Part shown: piece by piece, positions 41,866 through 56,560 of the stretch
Numbering within the stretch: position 1 is the stretch's first letter
Layout of the letters: every line of letters starts with the position of its first letter
Assembly: GCF_006345805.1 (NCBI RefSeq)
Contig: NC_043002.1
Location: forward strand, 90,272,001-90,336,000
Direction: 5' to 3'
DNA length: 64,000 nucleotides
Origin: Octopus sinensis
Taxonomy: Eukaryota
The notes under the pieces: generated by a model
Databases searched by the model: none
Seen by the model: only the letters and a program-made list of their open reading frames with translations
What the model was told of the DNA's origin: nothing
Program-made: the position numbers and the translations under genes

Positions 41866-42337
41866 CACACATACATACACAAACACACATATATACATAT
41901 GACAGGCTTCTTTGTTTCCGTTTACCAAATCCTCTCACAAGGCTTTGGTTGACCCCAGGGCTATAGAAGACACTTGTCCAAAGTGCAACGCAAGAGAACT
42001 GTACCTAAATACAGGTGATTGGGAAATACAGGTGATGGTGATGATGATGATACACACGCATACACACACATGCCACAGCACTGTGAATGAGTGATGATTG
42101 AAAAAATTTCAACTTCTAGCAAATACATATAAACTCTATTTTATGTATTGAGTTCTTTTCCCTCCTTTGCAAGCACAAACGTTCACTTCACCAGTATATG
42201 TGAGCATATAATTCATATATTATCTAATATCTAATACATACATATATATAATCATATTGAAGGGAAATGAAAATTAATTGAAATTTTCACTTCCAGTGGC
42301 CTAGCGTGTAAAAATTTAGTCCAAAGATTATGTATTA

Positions 42338-42643
42338 CTCATAAAATACAGTGTACATTTAAACACATACGGAATCCTCTCATTGGATTCAATATGCTAG
42401 AAAGAACAGCTGGGTTCTATAACCACAAAATTAGGGATAAAATCCCAACAGGAACGAAATGAAAAAATAAAATCTTTTACCATCTAGTTTCCTGGACCAA
42501 TTGGTTTCTGATTTTAGTTTAGCAAATAAATAATATTCGCTAGGTAAAATCTTCGTGGTTATAGAACCTAGCTGTTCTTTCTAGCATGTTGAATCCCAGG
42601 AGTGGATTCCTTATGTGTTTAAATGTGCACTGTATTTTATGAG
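42338..42643. mobile_element. Foldback MITE with ~90-bp TIRs and TA flanks (Tc1/mariner-type)
   Basis: TA|CTCATAAAATACAGTG...TTCTATAACCAC (to 42426) and GTGGTTATAGAA...CACTGTATTTTATGAG|TA (from 42555). Confidence 0.85.
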
Positions 42644-44029
42644 TATATATATATATATATATTATATATATATATATATCTTTATATATCTTTCACTGTG
42701 TGTATGTATGTATGTATCTATGTATACATATATATATATATATATATATATAGATAGATAGATAGATAGATAGATATCATTTTTTTTGTTTTGTTCACCT
42801 GTTTATTTATAAAGGCCGATCTATAAGTAAACGGCAAGACAAATAGGGAGGTATATCTACAGATATCTGCAACGTCTTATGGTGGACAGCTGTAGCATCA
42901 AAGAGAAGGTAAAGGTGTGAAGGTGGTGTAGAGGAGAGGCTGCAATTCATTGAGAAGATAACCCAACATCCAGGTGTTATTAAGAGGCCCACTTAACAAC
43001 TTGCTAACGTTAGGTTCTTATTGACTGTTCAAAGTCAATATTATATCATCAATGTTATATGACATTGCTTTCTGGCATTTATCAGATCCACTTGCTTTAT
43101 AGGGAAAGAATATGGTTCCACTTTTATTCATTTTATTATTTAAATTTTGATTTCCTCGAGGAGGTAGGCTGACTTTATGTGAAATGTAGTAAATAAAAAT
43201 AGATTATCAGGAAACTCACTGGTGACTGAGAGGGGAGCAGACAAGAATTGCCATGATGTTCATGGGCATAGTTGTTTTTTATTTTTTTAATACTTATCTA
43301 CATAAATAGATATGTACACCTCTGTATGTGTGTGTGTGTAAGGGAGAGTGGATAGACCAAGAAGAACTTGGAATAGTATTAAGTCTGATATATGAAGGAT
43401 AAACATCACAAAAGAACTGGTTGTGGAGTAAGTTGAGTAGATAGTGTTAAACCTAGTCGTGGGATGTTTACAGATAAATCCTTCTCTCACTTTCTCACTA
43501 CCTGAACTTTGTTTCTGTTACCAAAATGCTGCACCAAACATTACAAACCAGTCCTACATCCTGAGAATAGCATTTCTGTTGAAATTCGCTTTCACATATT
43601 TCTATTATCTGATAAACTTCCCATGTTTTCAAACTTCATTTTTTTTTTCTAAATTATTAACCTCTTTCTCTTCTTCATCCGTTTTTTGTTATTTGCATAT
43701 TTAATAATTAGTCTTGTGAGATGTCTAGGCACTGGCATGGCTGTGTGATAAGAAGCTTGCCTTCCAAACAGATAATTTTAGGTACACTCTCAGTCTCGAT
43801 CTTGCTGTGTAAGTGTCTTCTGCTATAGCCCTAGGGTGACCAAAGCTTTTGGGAGTGGATTTGGTGGATAGAAACTGAAAAAAACTCTGTGTGTGTGCAC
43901 ATTTGTCTGTCAAGGCAAGTTGACAGTAACACACACACACACATGCACACACGCACACAAGGCTAGATAGATATGTAGATATGTACATACTTAACAGTCT
44001 TTCTGTCTATCTATATCTGTCTCTCTCTA

Positions 44030-44109
44030 TCATTCTGTCTTTCTATCTGTCTGTCTGTCTGTCTATCTATTTATCTGTCTGTCTGGCTTTTTACCTGTCT
44101 ATTTGTCAG

Positions 44110-44150
<41 letters not shown>

Positions 44151-44202
44151 TTATTTATCTATCTATCTATCTGCCTGCCTGCCTGCCTGCCTGACTGCCT
44201 GC

Positions 44203-44250
<48 letters not shown>

Positions 44251-44348
44251 ATCTATCTATCTATCTACCTGCCTGCCTGCCTGCCTGCCTGCCTGTCTAT
44301 CTATCTATCTGTCTATCTGTCTGTCTGTCTGTCTGTCTGCCTGCCTGC

Positions 44349-44402
<54 letters not shown>

Positions 44403-44420
44403 GTCTGTCTGTCTATCTTT
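44030..44420. repeat. Compound (CTAT)/(CTGT)/(CTGC) tetranucleotide array
   Basis: Seen directly. Confidence 0.95.
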
Positions 44421-45327
44421 GTGTGTTACTGTCTCATTGTCTTGATGTTGTGTGATAGTTGTAAATGAGTGTCACCCTTATGGAAGCCATGTCCTCTGTT
44501 TCCAATCTTCTCATGGAAACATGTCTAGCCACAAGGAAATGTTACCTTACTTAGAAACAGATGAAGGTTGGTGACAGGAAGGGCATCCAGCTGTAGAATA
44601 TTTGCCTCATTAAATCCCATCTGGAAAAGGGGACATAAATCAATGATGACACATAAAAGTGAGAGAGAATGAATTATATTTTGTAGAAATTAGACAAAAA
44701 TGGAAGTTATGATCCATAATTTTAGACTCTGCATTGAGTGTAGCTGAGAGATGTTCAAAAAGCATCAAAGATTTTATTTCATTTTCTATTCATACAGTTT
44801 TCACATCTTTGTTGAAGAATTCTTTGTTTTACATTTATTTTCTTAAACCATTAAAAAGAATACTTTTAATTCAGTTTTAATTAACGATGAGAAAGAATTG
44901 TATTAGTCTTTGCATATGTTCTATGTTAGCCTCTACATGGTGATTGCTTTTGATTTCCCACACACTCCCTCACCATACCGGCAATTCCCATTAACAACAC
45001 TTGTTATATTCATCTCTCCCCACCTCTCCAACCATCTGTCACTCTCTCTCCTCACCCTCAATGAAACTACCCTCCCTCCACCTTCCAATCCACTGTTCAT
45101 ATCCTTTTCTACTCTAGGCACAAGGCCCGAAATTTTGGGGGGTGGGCAGTCAATTAGATTGACACCAGTATGCAACTGGTACTGAATTTATCGACCCTGA
45201 AAAGATGAAAGGCAAAGTCAACCTTGGCGGAATCCACTGTTCATATTGTCTCTTCTTTTACCTTATAGGTTTGCTCTGGTGGGCCATCACTACCATCTTA
45301 TCTTCTTCCCAGCTACTCTCACTCACC

Positions 45328-45669
45328 TAGTGGTGGATTAATCATTAAGCAAAATAAGCATGTGCTTAGGGCATCAAAAGATGTGGGGGAACCACAGAAA
45401 TGGTAAATGGTTTATGGCACAAAAGAAACCACTTTAAACTTGTTAAAATAGTATTTGAAGTGGTTTATATTATTGGTAATATAATTTTGAAGTGTTCATG
45501 GTGTCATTGTGAAGATCCAATCGAAGACTTTGCAATTTAAAAAGTAGGAGAAAACTTATCAAATATAAATAAAGTGGAAGAATACAAAAATAAACATTAT
45601 TTTCCATCTTAGTGATTCATTTGCAAAGCTAAAAATTTATTTTATGGTTTATTATTGTTTGTATTTTGA

Positions 45670-45721
<52 letters not shown>

Positions 45722-45777
45722 AGGGTACCAAAATCTTCTAAGTGCTTAGGGCCTCTATGGGTCTTAATCTGGCCTTG
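45328..45777. mobile_element. Probable hAT-type MITE
   Basis: Imperfect TIRs tagtggtggattaa / ttaatctggccttg, subterminal gtgcttagggc at both ends, imperfect 8-bp flanks cactcacc / aacccacc. Confidence 0.5.
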
Positions 45778-46399
45778 AACCCACCCTGACAAAATGTGAA
45801 GTAACCATGTTTCTTCTCTACAGCAAAACATCTGCACTTGTCCGCCTGCTATACTTTAGTTGCTCAACACCTGGCATAAAGTCACCTCCCCATCTCAAAT
45901 CACCTACCCCCACTACATTTATCCAGTGGGGTTTTTTTTCTTCAGTCAGACAAGTTACTTGGTAATCTCATTAGTGCCAGTGGCATGACAACAGCACCCA
46001 GATGAAGTGTAAAATGGTTGATATTAGGAAGGGCATCCAGCCATAGAAACCACATCAAAGCTGATGTTAGAGCTTGGCGCAGCCTTGGAGAATCTTGTCG
46101 AATAATTTAACCTATGTTAGTATGGAAAACAGAGGTTGAATGATGATTATAATTAATATTATGACTGATAGAAAAGATACTGACAGAATAAGAAACAAAC
46201 TTTAAGAAATAGGTCCTGGGGTCGATTTGTTTAACTAAAACCTGTTAAGGTGATGTTCTAGCATGGCTGCTATCAGATATCAGATCGCACACACGCACAC
46301 ACACACACATGCATACACACACAAACACACACACGCACACACACAAACACACACACATACACAGACACCCATCCATCCATCCATCCATCCATCCATCCA

Positions 46400-46815
46400 T
46401 ACATACATACATACATATATATATATGTAAAAGCATTTGTGAGGTGTCATGTAAAAGTACCTGTGCAGCAACCCATAAAAGCATCTGTGCATCAAAGCAT
46501 AAATGTGCCTGAGCAGTGACACATGAAAGCAGCCATGCAGCATCACATAAAAGTGCCCATGTGGTGCCATGTAAGAGCACCCATGTGGTGCCACATAAAA
46601 GTGTTCAGCACACTCTGTAAAGTGGTTAGTGTTAGGAAAGGCATCCAGCCACAGAACCCATACCAAATCAGACTGCTGTCTGGTGCAGGCCCCTAGTTTG
46701 CCAGGTCTGGTCACACTATCCAACCCATACTAGCATGGACAGCAGACATTAAATGGTGATGATGATGATAGTGATAATGATGGTGATGATGATGATGATG
46801 ATGATGATGATGACA
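46400..46815 (+). mobile_element. RTE 3'-UTR fragment with ~24-bp subrepeat expansion
   Basis: About 8 degenerate gtgcca(t/c)(g/a)taaaag(c/t)(a/g)c units, then the conserved terminus and (GAT)n. Confidence 0.7.
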
Positions 46816-47042
46816 TTTATATGAAATATTGAAGCAGTAGTTTTTACAACAGTATATTTTTCTGTTGAATGTAAATTATTAGAACAGCAGTTAGGCCCAT
46901 TTTACTGTTTAGGGTATGAACACTACTTAATCTCATCACTAAACAGTGAATTATGTTTAGGTAAATAACCTACTCTCCTACAAGTGGTCACAATCAAGAT
47001 ATTTTTCTTACCTAGGAATCTCTGAGGTGAATAATAATCATA

Positions 47043-48669
47043 TCTATAAAAGGCATGGTGTGTGTGCATGTGTGTGTGTGTGTGTGTGTACATGATTGTA
47101 ATTTATGCACATCCACAAATTAGCACGGATGTTGCTCAAATTTTAGGAGGACATTCGTCAACATCCTCTCTGGGCTTTGTCAACTTATTTTTTTCCCTGA
47201 GGCACCCGTGGATAGCAGTAAAATTCTATTTTGAACCATAGCTTTTAGCCATAAAAAATATCGGCCATTGCTTTTTGACAGCGTCTAACAAAAACAAATA
47301 AGATAAAGAAAAATGGAAGAAGGAGGCAGAGAGTTTCATGGGAAAGACAAAGTGAGAGAGGGAGAGAGAAAGAGAGTAAGTGATGACGTTCATAAGAAAT
47401 GAAATGTAAAATGTTTTGTTTTTTGGTTTTGAAAGACACTATATTTTATAATCATAGTATATATACTTTCTCACACAACAATTACAATATACTGCATTCC
47501 CTTTTGTTTGTTTGTGTGCATGTGTGTGGATCAGTGTGTGTATATGTGCCTATACATGCACGCATGTACGCATGTATGTGTTTACATAACACACACACAC
47601 ACAGATATGCACACACAAGGAGACAGAGGTGCATATATATATATATATTCAAACACATGCTCACACACATACATAGAAAATACACAAACACGGACAGGCA
47701 AGCACATAAATATGCAGGGTATGTACATACAGATGCACACACATACATATATACATATGCATACACACACATATATACATACAAACACATACACACATAC
47801 ATATGTACATGCGTGCATGTATAGGCACACACACACTGACCCACACACATGTGCACAAACAAACAAAAGGGAACGCAGTGTAAATAACGGACAGAGTCAA
47901 AACTATTGAAAAGGTTACAATTAGCAATGAAAATTTTAGGAAAATAAAAATAAGAAATAAGTGCAAATTTTACCAGTGAGTGTGTTAAATAATAAGGCAC
48001 AAAAAGAAAATGACTCTCCCCAGACACAACAGAATATGCTTCAACACACGAACTCATATAAAGAATCTTGCAAACCAAATCCAAAAACGAATTACAATAT
48101 ATTTATTTTAAATCATTCATCTTTCTCCACCCCCTCTCCCTCACACACATTACTTTGGGTGCGAAAGAGTTTTGTTTTTATTTTACGCTGAGTAAAAAAG
48201 TGTTTTGCTGACAATCCATTTAGTTAACAACAAAGAAACAAAGAGGTAAGTAACAATTTGTCAGTGAATTACACAATATAAATGGGTACAATTTGCGAGG
48301 CTTCCACTACACACCACTCCATTTCATGGTTCACAAAAAGGGTTTTGAGGCCAGAATAGTTGATTCCACGTAAAAAAAAACGATTTTTTTACTTAGTGAA
48401 AATCATGCGCGTGTTAGAGTTTATGAACATGTATACGTGCACAAAACATGCAATAGGTGTACGTACGTGTGTGTATTTGTGTTCATGTCTGTTGCCCATA
48501 AATATTTATATCATATATATATATGATATATAATATATATATATAATATAACTAATTTCAACAGATTTCGCCCAAATTTGACGTCTATATTAGTTTGGTT
48601 TGAAATAAAGAACTTGATTAGCTTAATAATCGTAACTTAATCCCAGGCAACGCCGGGTTATACTGCTAG
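47043..48669 (+). mobile_element. Non-autonomous Helitron (1627 bp)
   Basis: A|TCTATAAAAGGC ... CCCAGGCAACGCCGGGTTATACTGCTAG|T; the 3' terminus is nearly identical to that of 1350-1720. Confidence 0.85.
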
Positions 48670-49019
48670 TTGAATATATAATTCCAGTTTGTTGAGAAAT
48701 TAGCATATCAATTTAAAAGGATAGTAAAGAAATTGTTGTTTTATTCGATAATAAAATATCAACACTAGTAATTCAAATCTTCCGAATCCTTGCACTTTCA
48801 TAGAGTTAATATATGCATAACTGGGAAATATAAACTTAATTTTAAGATTTTAATATTCGGTGTGGAACCACTGAATATTAATGTTATTATTCATACTGAA
48901 TATTAGTAAACTATATAAATACTATTCATATTTAACATTTTACAGATAGTGAGTTAAATTGAAATTATCACATGTCTGTAATAGTTGTGTTTGTAATACT
49001 TTATTTTTCATGATGAGGA

Positions 49020-49690
<671 letters not shown>

Positions 49691-50167
49691 GCTTTTTATT
49701 AAAATGAGTAATCTTCAAATGTAGTAAACAAAAATATTTCAGTTGAACAATAATAGATGTAGTTAAACAGAAGAAATGTGCATTGCTTAAGGGTTTTATA
49801 CAACTCTACAGTATGAACTATTAGCGTCTCAACACCTTTGATCAACTCAATTCTGTATCTCAGATTCATACATAGATAATTCAATAATTGGTAATTTAAT
49901 TAAGCATTGTAATTAATTTAATAAATACAAGCCATTTATTGTAATATGTTCAACCAAACATGGAAAGTAGTAACTAGACACTTCGATTCTTCTGTCCGCA
50001 CCCATTTATCTTCTCCCATACATACATACATACACACATACATACATACATACATACATACATACATACATACATACATACATACATGCATACACACACA
50101 CACACATACATACATACATACATACATACATACATACATACATACATACACACACATGCACACATAT

Positions 50168-50575
50168 ACTCTTACTCTTTTACTCTTTTACTTGTTTCAG
50201 TCATGTGACTGTGGCCATGCTGGAGCACCGCCTTTAGTCAATCAAATCGACCCCAGGACTTATTCTTTGTAAGCCTAGTACTTATTTTATCGGTCTCTTT
50301 TTGCCGATCCACTAAGTTACGCAGACGTAAAACACACCAGCATCATTTGTCAAGCGATGTTGGGGGGACAAACACAGACACACAAACACGCACATACACA
50401 TATATGTATATACATATATACGACGGGCTTCTTTCAGTTTCCATCTACCAAATCCACTCACAAGGCTTTGGTCGGCCCGAGGCTATAGTAGAAGACACTT
50501 ACCCAAGGTGCCATGCAGTGGGACTGAACCCGGAACCATGGTGGTTCGTAAGCAAGCTACTTACCACACAGCCAT
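50168..50575 (-). mobile_element. SINE family A, full length
   Basis: Reverse complement of 7121-7524. Confidence 0.85.
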
Positions 50576-51211
50576 ATATATATACATGTGTATGTGGGTA
50601 TTTATGTGTGTGTGTGTGTATATATATATATGCATAAGTAAATGATTGCAATAACATTTTTATATTGACTCAAAAACTTTCAAAGTTATAAACTGTTATT
50701 TGAGGTGGTGATGGTGGTGGGGTAAAACTATGGAGGGCAAGAAGCTGGATTGATAAATATCATTAGTTGAACGGAACTGTTTTAACTATGGAGGCACACT
50801 GGGGCAAACAATTGTAATCATACACATAACATTATGTTTCAATTCTGTCTTACTCCCACCTCATCCACATATATACACACACCTGTAGGTATAGGTCAGG
50901 AGTACCCATGTTAGCGTATTCAGCAGTAGTTTTCTGTGTAGTGACATCTTAATTTACATATGAATATTAACATATTTCGTTTTGTTTTTGTATTTGGTTT
51001 GCAAAATTCTTAATGCAAGTTCATGTGTTGAAACAAATTGTGGAATGGGAAGGTCATCACACCAATAATAATAATACAACACACATGCAGGTTTAATTCC
51101 ACTTCTTTATTGTTAGTTAACTAATTGATCTTTTGCTCAATGCGCTGGTTAAACTATCAATTGGTTGTTTGTTAGACAAAATTCTTTTGTTGCTGTTCAG
51201 TGAATTGAACT

Positions 51212-51248
<37 letters not shown>

Positions 51249-51814
51249 ATGTGTTTTATTACTATTGCTGGTGTGATAATGGTGTCGAGCTGGCAGAATT
51301 TTTAGCATCATGGATGAAATGCTAAACAGTATTTCACCCATCGCTATGTTCTGAGTTCAAATTCTGCCAAAGTCAACTTTGCCTTTTGTGGAGTCAATAA
51401 ATTAAGTACCAGTGAAACACTGGGGTTGTTGTAATTGACTAGTTCCCTTCCCACAAATTGCAGACCTTGTGCCTTCATTAGAAAAGCTTATCATTGGTGT
51501 AATAATTCTCTCAAGACACAACAACATATTTCATATTTTTTATAAAAATAAATTACAAGACTAAACAGTATAATTTCAATATTTTCTTTATTTTACAATC
51601 ATCGTCTCTGTTGCCATCATCATCATCATTGTCATCATTGTTCTAATCATCATCATCTTCATTAGCACAATTATCACTATCATCAAGTTTAACACATATT
51701 TTCTATAATAAATTTTATTATAATATAATTTCATTATAATGATAATTATAATTTTTATGCTTATGTATTTGTTCTGCAAGATTCCTGATGTGAAATTGTA
51801 TGTTGAAACAAATA

Positions 51815-52240
51815 TTGTTATAGTTCAGGATGGCCTTTTTTTTTTCAAAATAAACACACACACTATATATATTTGTTCTTCACTTGTTTATTATTCTTAT
51901 TTTATGTATGTTGTCTTGAAATCTTTTGTCACACACCTGTGACAACTTCAGTGACTCTCCATCCCATGTGTTTCCTGTTCTGTTTTGTTTAGCCCATGCT
52001 ATTAGTGGCTTACCTACAATGAAGGGAATTGTGTGACATTTTAGTTCCTATTAAAATAGAATGGACTAAACAAGACATGAGGAAACACATGGGATGCAGA
52101 GTTGCTGAAGAGGTCATAAGTGTGTGATGAAAGATTCTCAGGCAATAGACATAAAATAAGAATGATAAACATGTGAAAAACAAATATACAGTGCATGTGT
52201 CTATTTGACAAAAAGAAATGACCATCCCAAAATTTAACAA
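51815..52240. repeat. Diverged long inverted repeat (~190-bp arms, ~50-bp spacer), probably an old MITE
   Basis: 51815-52003 aligns by eye with the reverse complement of 52052-52240; TA at both outer flanks. Confidence 0.75.
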
Positions 52241-52513
52241 TAATAATAAACCTTTCTACTAAAGGCACAAGGCCTGAAATTTTGGGGAGAAGGCTAGTCA
52301 GTTACATCGGGCCCAGTGTATAAGTGGTGCTTATTTTATTTTATTGAAAGGCAAAGTCGACTTCAGCATAATTTGAACTCAGAACGTAAGGGCAGACAAA
52401 ATGCCGCAAAGCATTCTGTCTGGTGTGGAAACGATTCTCATGCTGCCCTAATAATAATAACAATAATAATAATAATAATGATAATAATAATAACAATAAT
52501 AATAATAATAATG

Positions 52514-52558
<45 letters not shown>

Positions 52559-52859
52559 TGTCTAAAATACTGCAGTTTCTTAAATGACTTTAATTTACTG
52601 TGATTTCTGAAGTGAATCCATTTTTCTTCTTTTAATGTTTTGGATGACCAAACAATGTATTAATTACTTAAAGTTTATATATGATGTAAGGAGGGGGAGG
52701 AGGAGGAGAAAGAATCATTAATTTAAAGAGGTAATTCTGATGAAAAGTGTTAGGAAGATGACCCCTCAAATCTCAGTTAATTAAGAATTTAATGAGTGCA
52801 TGCAATGAAAGGAAATGTGTGATATTTTAGTTCCTATTAAAATAGATAATGATATAAAG

Positions 52860-53040
52860 CAGTGGTTCCCAAAGTGGACGGTACTGCCCCCTGGGGGCAG
52901 CGAAAAGATTTAGGGGCAGTCTTGAAGAATAATGGGACAATAATGGGGTGGCCTAAAAAGGTTGTTGGATGTTGTTTATCCCTATGTGAGTGTTTCCCTC
53001 TGTGGTTCTGGTGATAAGTCATTAGTCCACTAAATCACCT
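52860..53040 (+). mobile_element. hAT-Charlie-like left-end fragment
   Basis: Starts CAGTGGTTCCCAAAGTG; no matching right end found. Confidence 0.5.
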
Positions 53041-53321
53041 TCCTCCTTTACAATATATATGGCGACAGTAACATAGGTTGATAAAAGATAAATGATTTTC
53101 CCTGCATAAGTTGGAACATATCTGTGACTTTCAGGAACCAACTAATATAAGCATGCTGTAAGTATGGTTGAAGGTTGCAATCAAAAATTCTTCATGATTC
53201 ATTAAATTTCACTTTAAAATTAAAGAAGACCTTCAAATAGCTAATCAATCACAATTTACTAAAATATAGATATAAAATTCACCATGAAACCAAATCAGTA
53301 GATAAGTACCCGGGGGGGGGG

Positions 53322-53640
53322 TGCTTGGCTTCATGGTTAGTGTACTGAGCTCAAGATCATGAGATTGTGAGTTCGATACCAGGCTGTGCATTGTTCCCTT
53401 GAGCAAGACACTTTATTTCATGTTTCTCCCGTCCACTCAATTAACAAAAATGAGTAGTACCTGTTTTTCAAAGCGTCTGGCTTGTCACATTCTGTGTCAG
53501 GCTGAATCTTCCTGAGAACTATGTTAAGGGCACATGTGCCTTGGAGTGCTCAACCACTTGCTCCTTAATTTCAATGTGTGGGCTGTTCTATTGATCAGAT
53601 CAACTGGAACGCTTGTTGTCATAATCTATGGAGTGCGAAG
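53322..53640 (+). mobile_element. Diverged SINE with D-like head and C-like tail
   Basis: Same organisation as 9131-9650 without the MITE. Confidence 0.7.
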
Positions 53641-54346
53641 AGAAGTACCCCTCAGTTCTTCCTCAACTCAATTCCCATTTTTTATTTTTGTTCATCCAGA
53701 ATCAATATAGAGTGAACAGAAGAGATCCACTGATTATGGCTGTGGGTCTCTTTTGTTCATCATACATTGTTTTCAGTCTGTGCAGCTAAAGATACCACTG
53801 CTCCTGTTTCTTCTTCTAACCCTCACTCTATCACTCTTTTCTACTACTTGCTAGTACAGAACTCATCTACTTTCCATTTCCTCTATCACCACTCTCTTCA
53901 CATGACCACTTCAGCCTATTTCACAACCTATGTATAAGGGGCTACACTGGACCACTTGGGCCTAGTTCAGTCTACCTTCACCCTCCCTTTCTATACTGCC
54001 TGTCATCATCCTATGTTACACTGTTTGTCAGCGTCCTCTCATTCCTTTTCTCCCACACCTTTTGAGCCCCTATCATTGCACTATTTTCTGGGTGACATAG
54101 ACTGCTATCATCTTGCTGCCATTTCAGTCCTACTGTATTGCCTTGTATACACATCTATTTCACAATACTGCATAGACTCCTACCACTCCTCCCTTTATCA
54201 TGCACCTCTCTCTTTAACATCACTCATGCCTCTATCACTCATGTGTCTCAGTTCATAAAAAGGCTGCTGAGCAAGCAGAAACTTGGGAGTTGTAAGGTCC
54301 CTTTAGTTGTGTTGAGGACATGGCTACCCCTCAAGTGCTGGTATCA

Positions 54347-54580
54347 AGGCGGTGAGCTGGCAGAAACGTTAGCATGCCGGGTGAAATGCTTAGTGCTATT
54401 TCGTCTGCCATTATGTTCTGAGCTCAAATTCCACCGACGTCGACTTTGCCTTTCATCCTTTCGGGGTCAATAAATTAAGTACCAGTTACGCACTAGGGTC
54501 GTTGTAATCGACTTAATCCCTTTGTCTGTCCTTGTTTGTCCCCTCTATGTTTAGTCCCTTGTGGGTAAATAAAGAAATAA
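54347..54580 (+). mobile_element. SINE family B, full length
   Basis: aggcggtgagctggcagaaacg ... gtgggtaaataaagaaata. Confidence 0.85.
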
Positions 54581-55617
54581 ATGCTGATATCATGAAACTT
54601 TTATCACAAAGAAAATAGATGTAGACAAAGAATTGTGAAGACAAAATAATGTGTGAAGGTAAATTTATTGAGTAGAAGGAAGAAAGAATGTAATTTCATG
54701 TTGGATATTATTACCATATATAGTAAAACTAGTTGTAAGTATATGATAGTTTTAGGTTGTCATAAACTAGACACTAGCAGAGGGTAAGTAAAGAAAAACA
54801 GGAGAAATGTAGCTAATAGGAAACAAATAATGAAACAGAAACCAATGATAGATAAGATACATAGAGTGCATGAGATTGAGAAGAGGGAGAGAGAAAGAGA
54901 GAGGGGGGAAGGGAGGAAGAGAGAGAGAGAGAGGAGGAGGAGGGATGAAGAGAAAGAGAGGAGGAGGGAGGAAGAGAGAGAGAGAGAGGTGTGATGAGCT
55001 GTGATAGTTGGTAATTATTCAAATTTATATTGTTAGAGTAAAATTTTGTTGGCGGTCCTTTTGATACAAATTGCAAAACACAGAGAAAACAAGATCTGTG
55101 GACTGGTTTTAGACATAATTTTTTTGAAGTTATACTCTTGCCCTAACATCCACCACTGTTCTGCCATCAGATTTTTATCCTGTTTAGTAATAGTATTTGG
55201 TCACTCATTTCCTCATTCTTTATTCAGTTATATTCTACTACTATTATTATTTACTTATTTGGTTGTCTGATTCTTCCTGTTTTGTGGTATTTATTATGTT
55301 TGTCTGACTGTTTTCTTGTCTTTCTATTGTATGTTGTGGCTGTAATATCATTTTGACAATATTTATACAGAAGGAAAATAATTATACATGTATTGGAATA
55401 AATCTTACAGTAATGTCGGTGGTCCATTTATAGATATAAATGAATATATAGTTAGCTTCAGTTATATTTCCATTAATTTTTCTGGACTTCTGTCTTTTCA
55501 TCTAAGGAATCATTTATTTTATAAATGTGACATTTGAGTTCAAACTTATGACAAACCTTTCTATCATCACAATTTTAATTAGTAGCAGAGGCATATTTCT
55601 GCCCAAATACATATTAG

Positions 55618-55835
55618 CCCTTTCGTTACTGTATATATTTTGAGATGCTGTTTTTCTCTCAGTTATTTTAAATATAACAAAGAATTTAGTAAAATAGCTT
55701 AGTTATCATTCAGCTAGTGTTAGGAACATAAATTGTGACTAAGGTTTGGTGGAAGATTTTAATTCAAAACTTTTGAAAACAAGGCATTTGTACTCAGATC
55801 CAGAGCTGGTTTCAGCCAGGCTGGTAACGAAAGGG
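55618..55835. mobile_element. piggyBac-type MITE family 1, opposite orientation to 9341-9562
   Basis: TTAG|CCCTTTCGTTAC ... GGTAACGAAAGGG|TTAA. Confidence 0.85.
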
Positions 55836-55916
55836 TTAATAGCCATTCTTACATAGTAATATTTTTTTGAAATTAGTTTTAGTTCATTTATGTTAATATA
55901 AATAAAATTTGAACAA

Positions 55917-56117
55917 ACTTTTTTGCATTGAAACAGGCCATATCTGGTCTGAATATTCTAACTGTTTTATGTTCAAACCAGCTGGATCTGGTATCTCACA
56001 CTTACCCTACAATGTCATTCTAAAAATAAACAATCACATCATTGAAATCTCAAAGCTACGAGATAATGCATAGTTACTTCAAAGCAATATGAATAAATGT
56101 GCGTTACACTTGACAGT
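55917..56117 (+). mobile_element. piggyBac-type MITE family 2, partial
   Basis: Similar to 40169-40328. Confidence 0.6.
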
Positions 56118-56150
56118 AGTGTAAATTTTATAAAAGCTTATATCCATATC

Positions 56151-56560
56151 TATTGGGTCATCCCATAATTGATGCAGTTTTTTTCAACTGCATAAGCTAA
56201 AAGTCAGAGGGGGTTGGGATAAACTACCTGTCCCAACTTACTATAAAAGCAGGTAGTAATTTTACCGTGTCCTTATTCTTAATTTTACTTTGTTCTTATT
56301 CTTGAAGAGTGCAGTTTGATTTTAACAGTTATTTTCTCAAAGCTATAATGTGCATATTCAGCATATTTTGCTTCATAAGTTCAATAAAGGCAACAATGCA
56401 ATGAAAAGTGTGAGGAATATTAACGCAGTATATGGAGATTGGGCAATAAGCATAAGCTAATGTCAATAGTGGCTCTAGAAATTCCAAGCTGGAGACTACA
56501 GTCTAGGAGCCGAGCATTATCCTGGGAGATCTGTAGAGCTTAATGACAATACAATCATTG
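56151..56560 (+). pseudogene. mariner element 5' end with a decayed transposase N-terminal HTH region
   Basis: TA|TTGGGTCATCCCATAA TIR-like start. Translation from 56350, HIQHILLHKFNKGNNAMKSVRNINAVYGDWAISIS*CQ*WL*KFQAGDYSLGAEHYPGRSVEL, matches the mariner H.RH.LL.EF..G.....RNI..VYG...WF.KF..GD.SL....GRP pattern; three stops. Confidence 0.85.
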
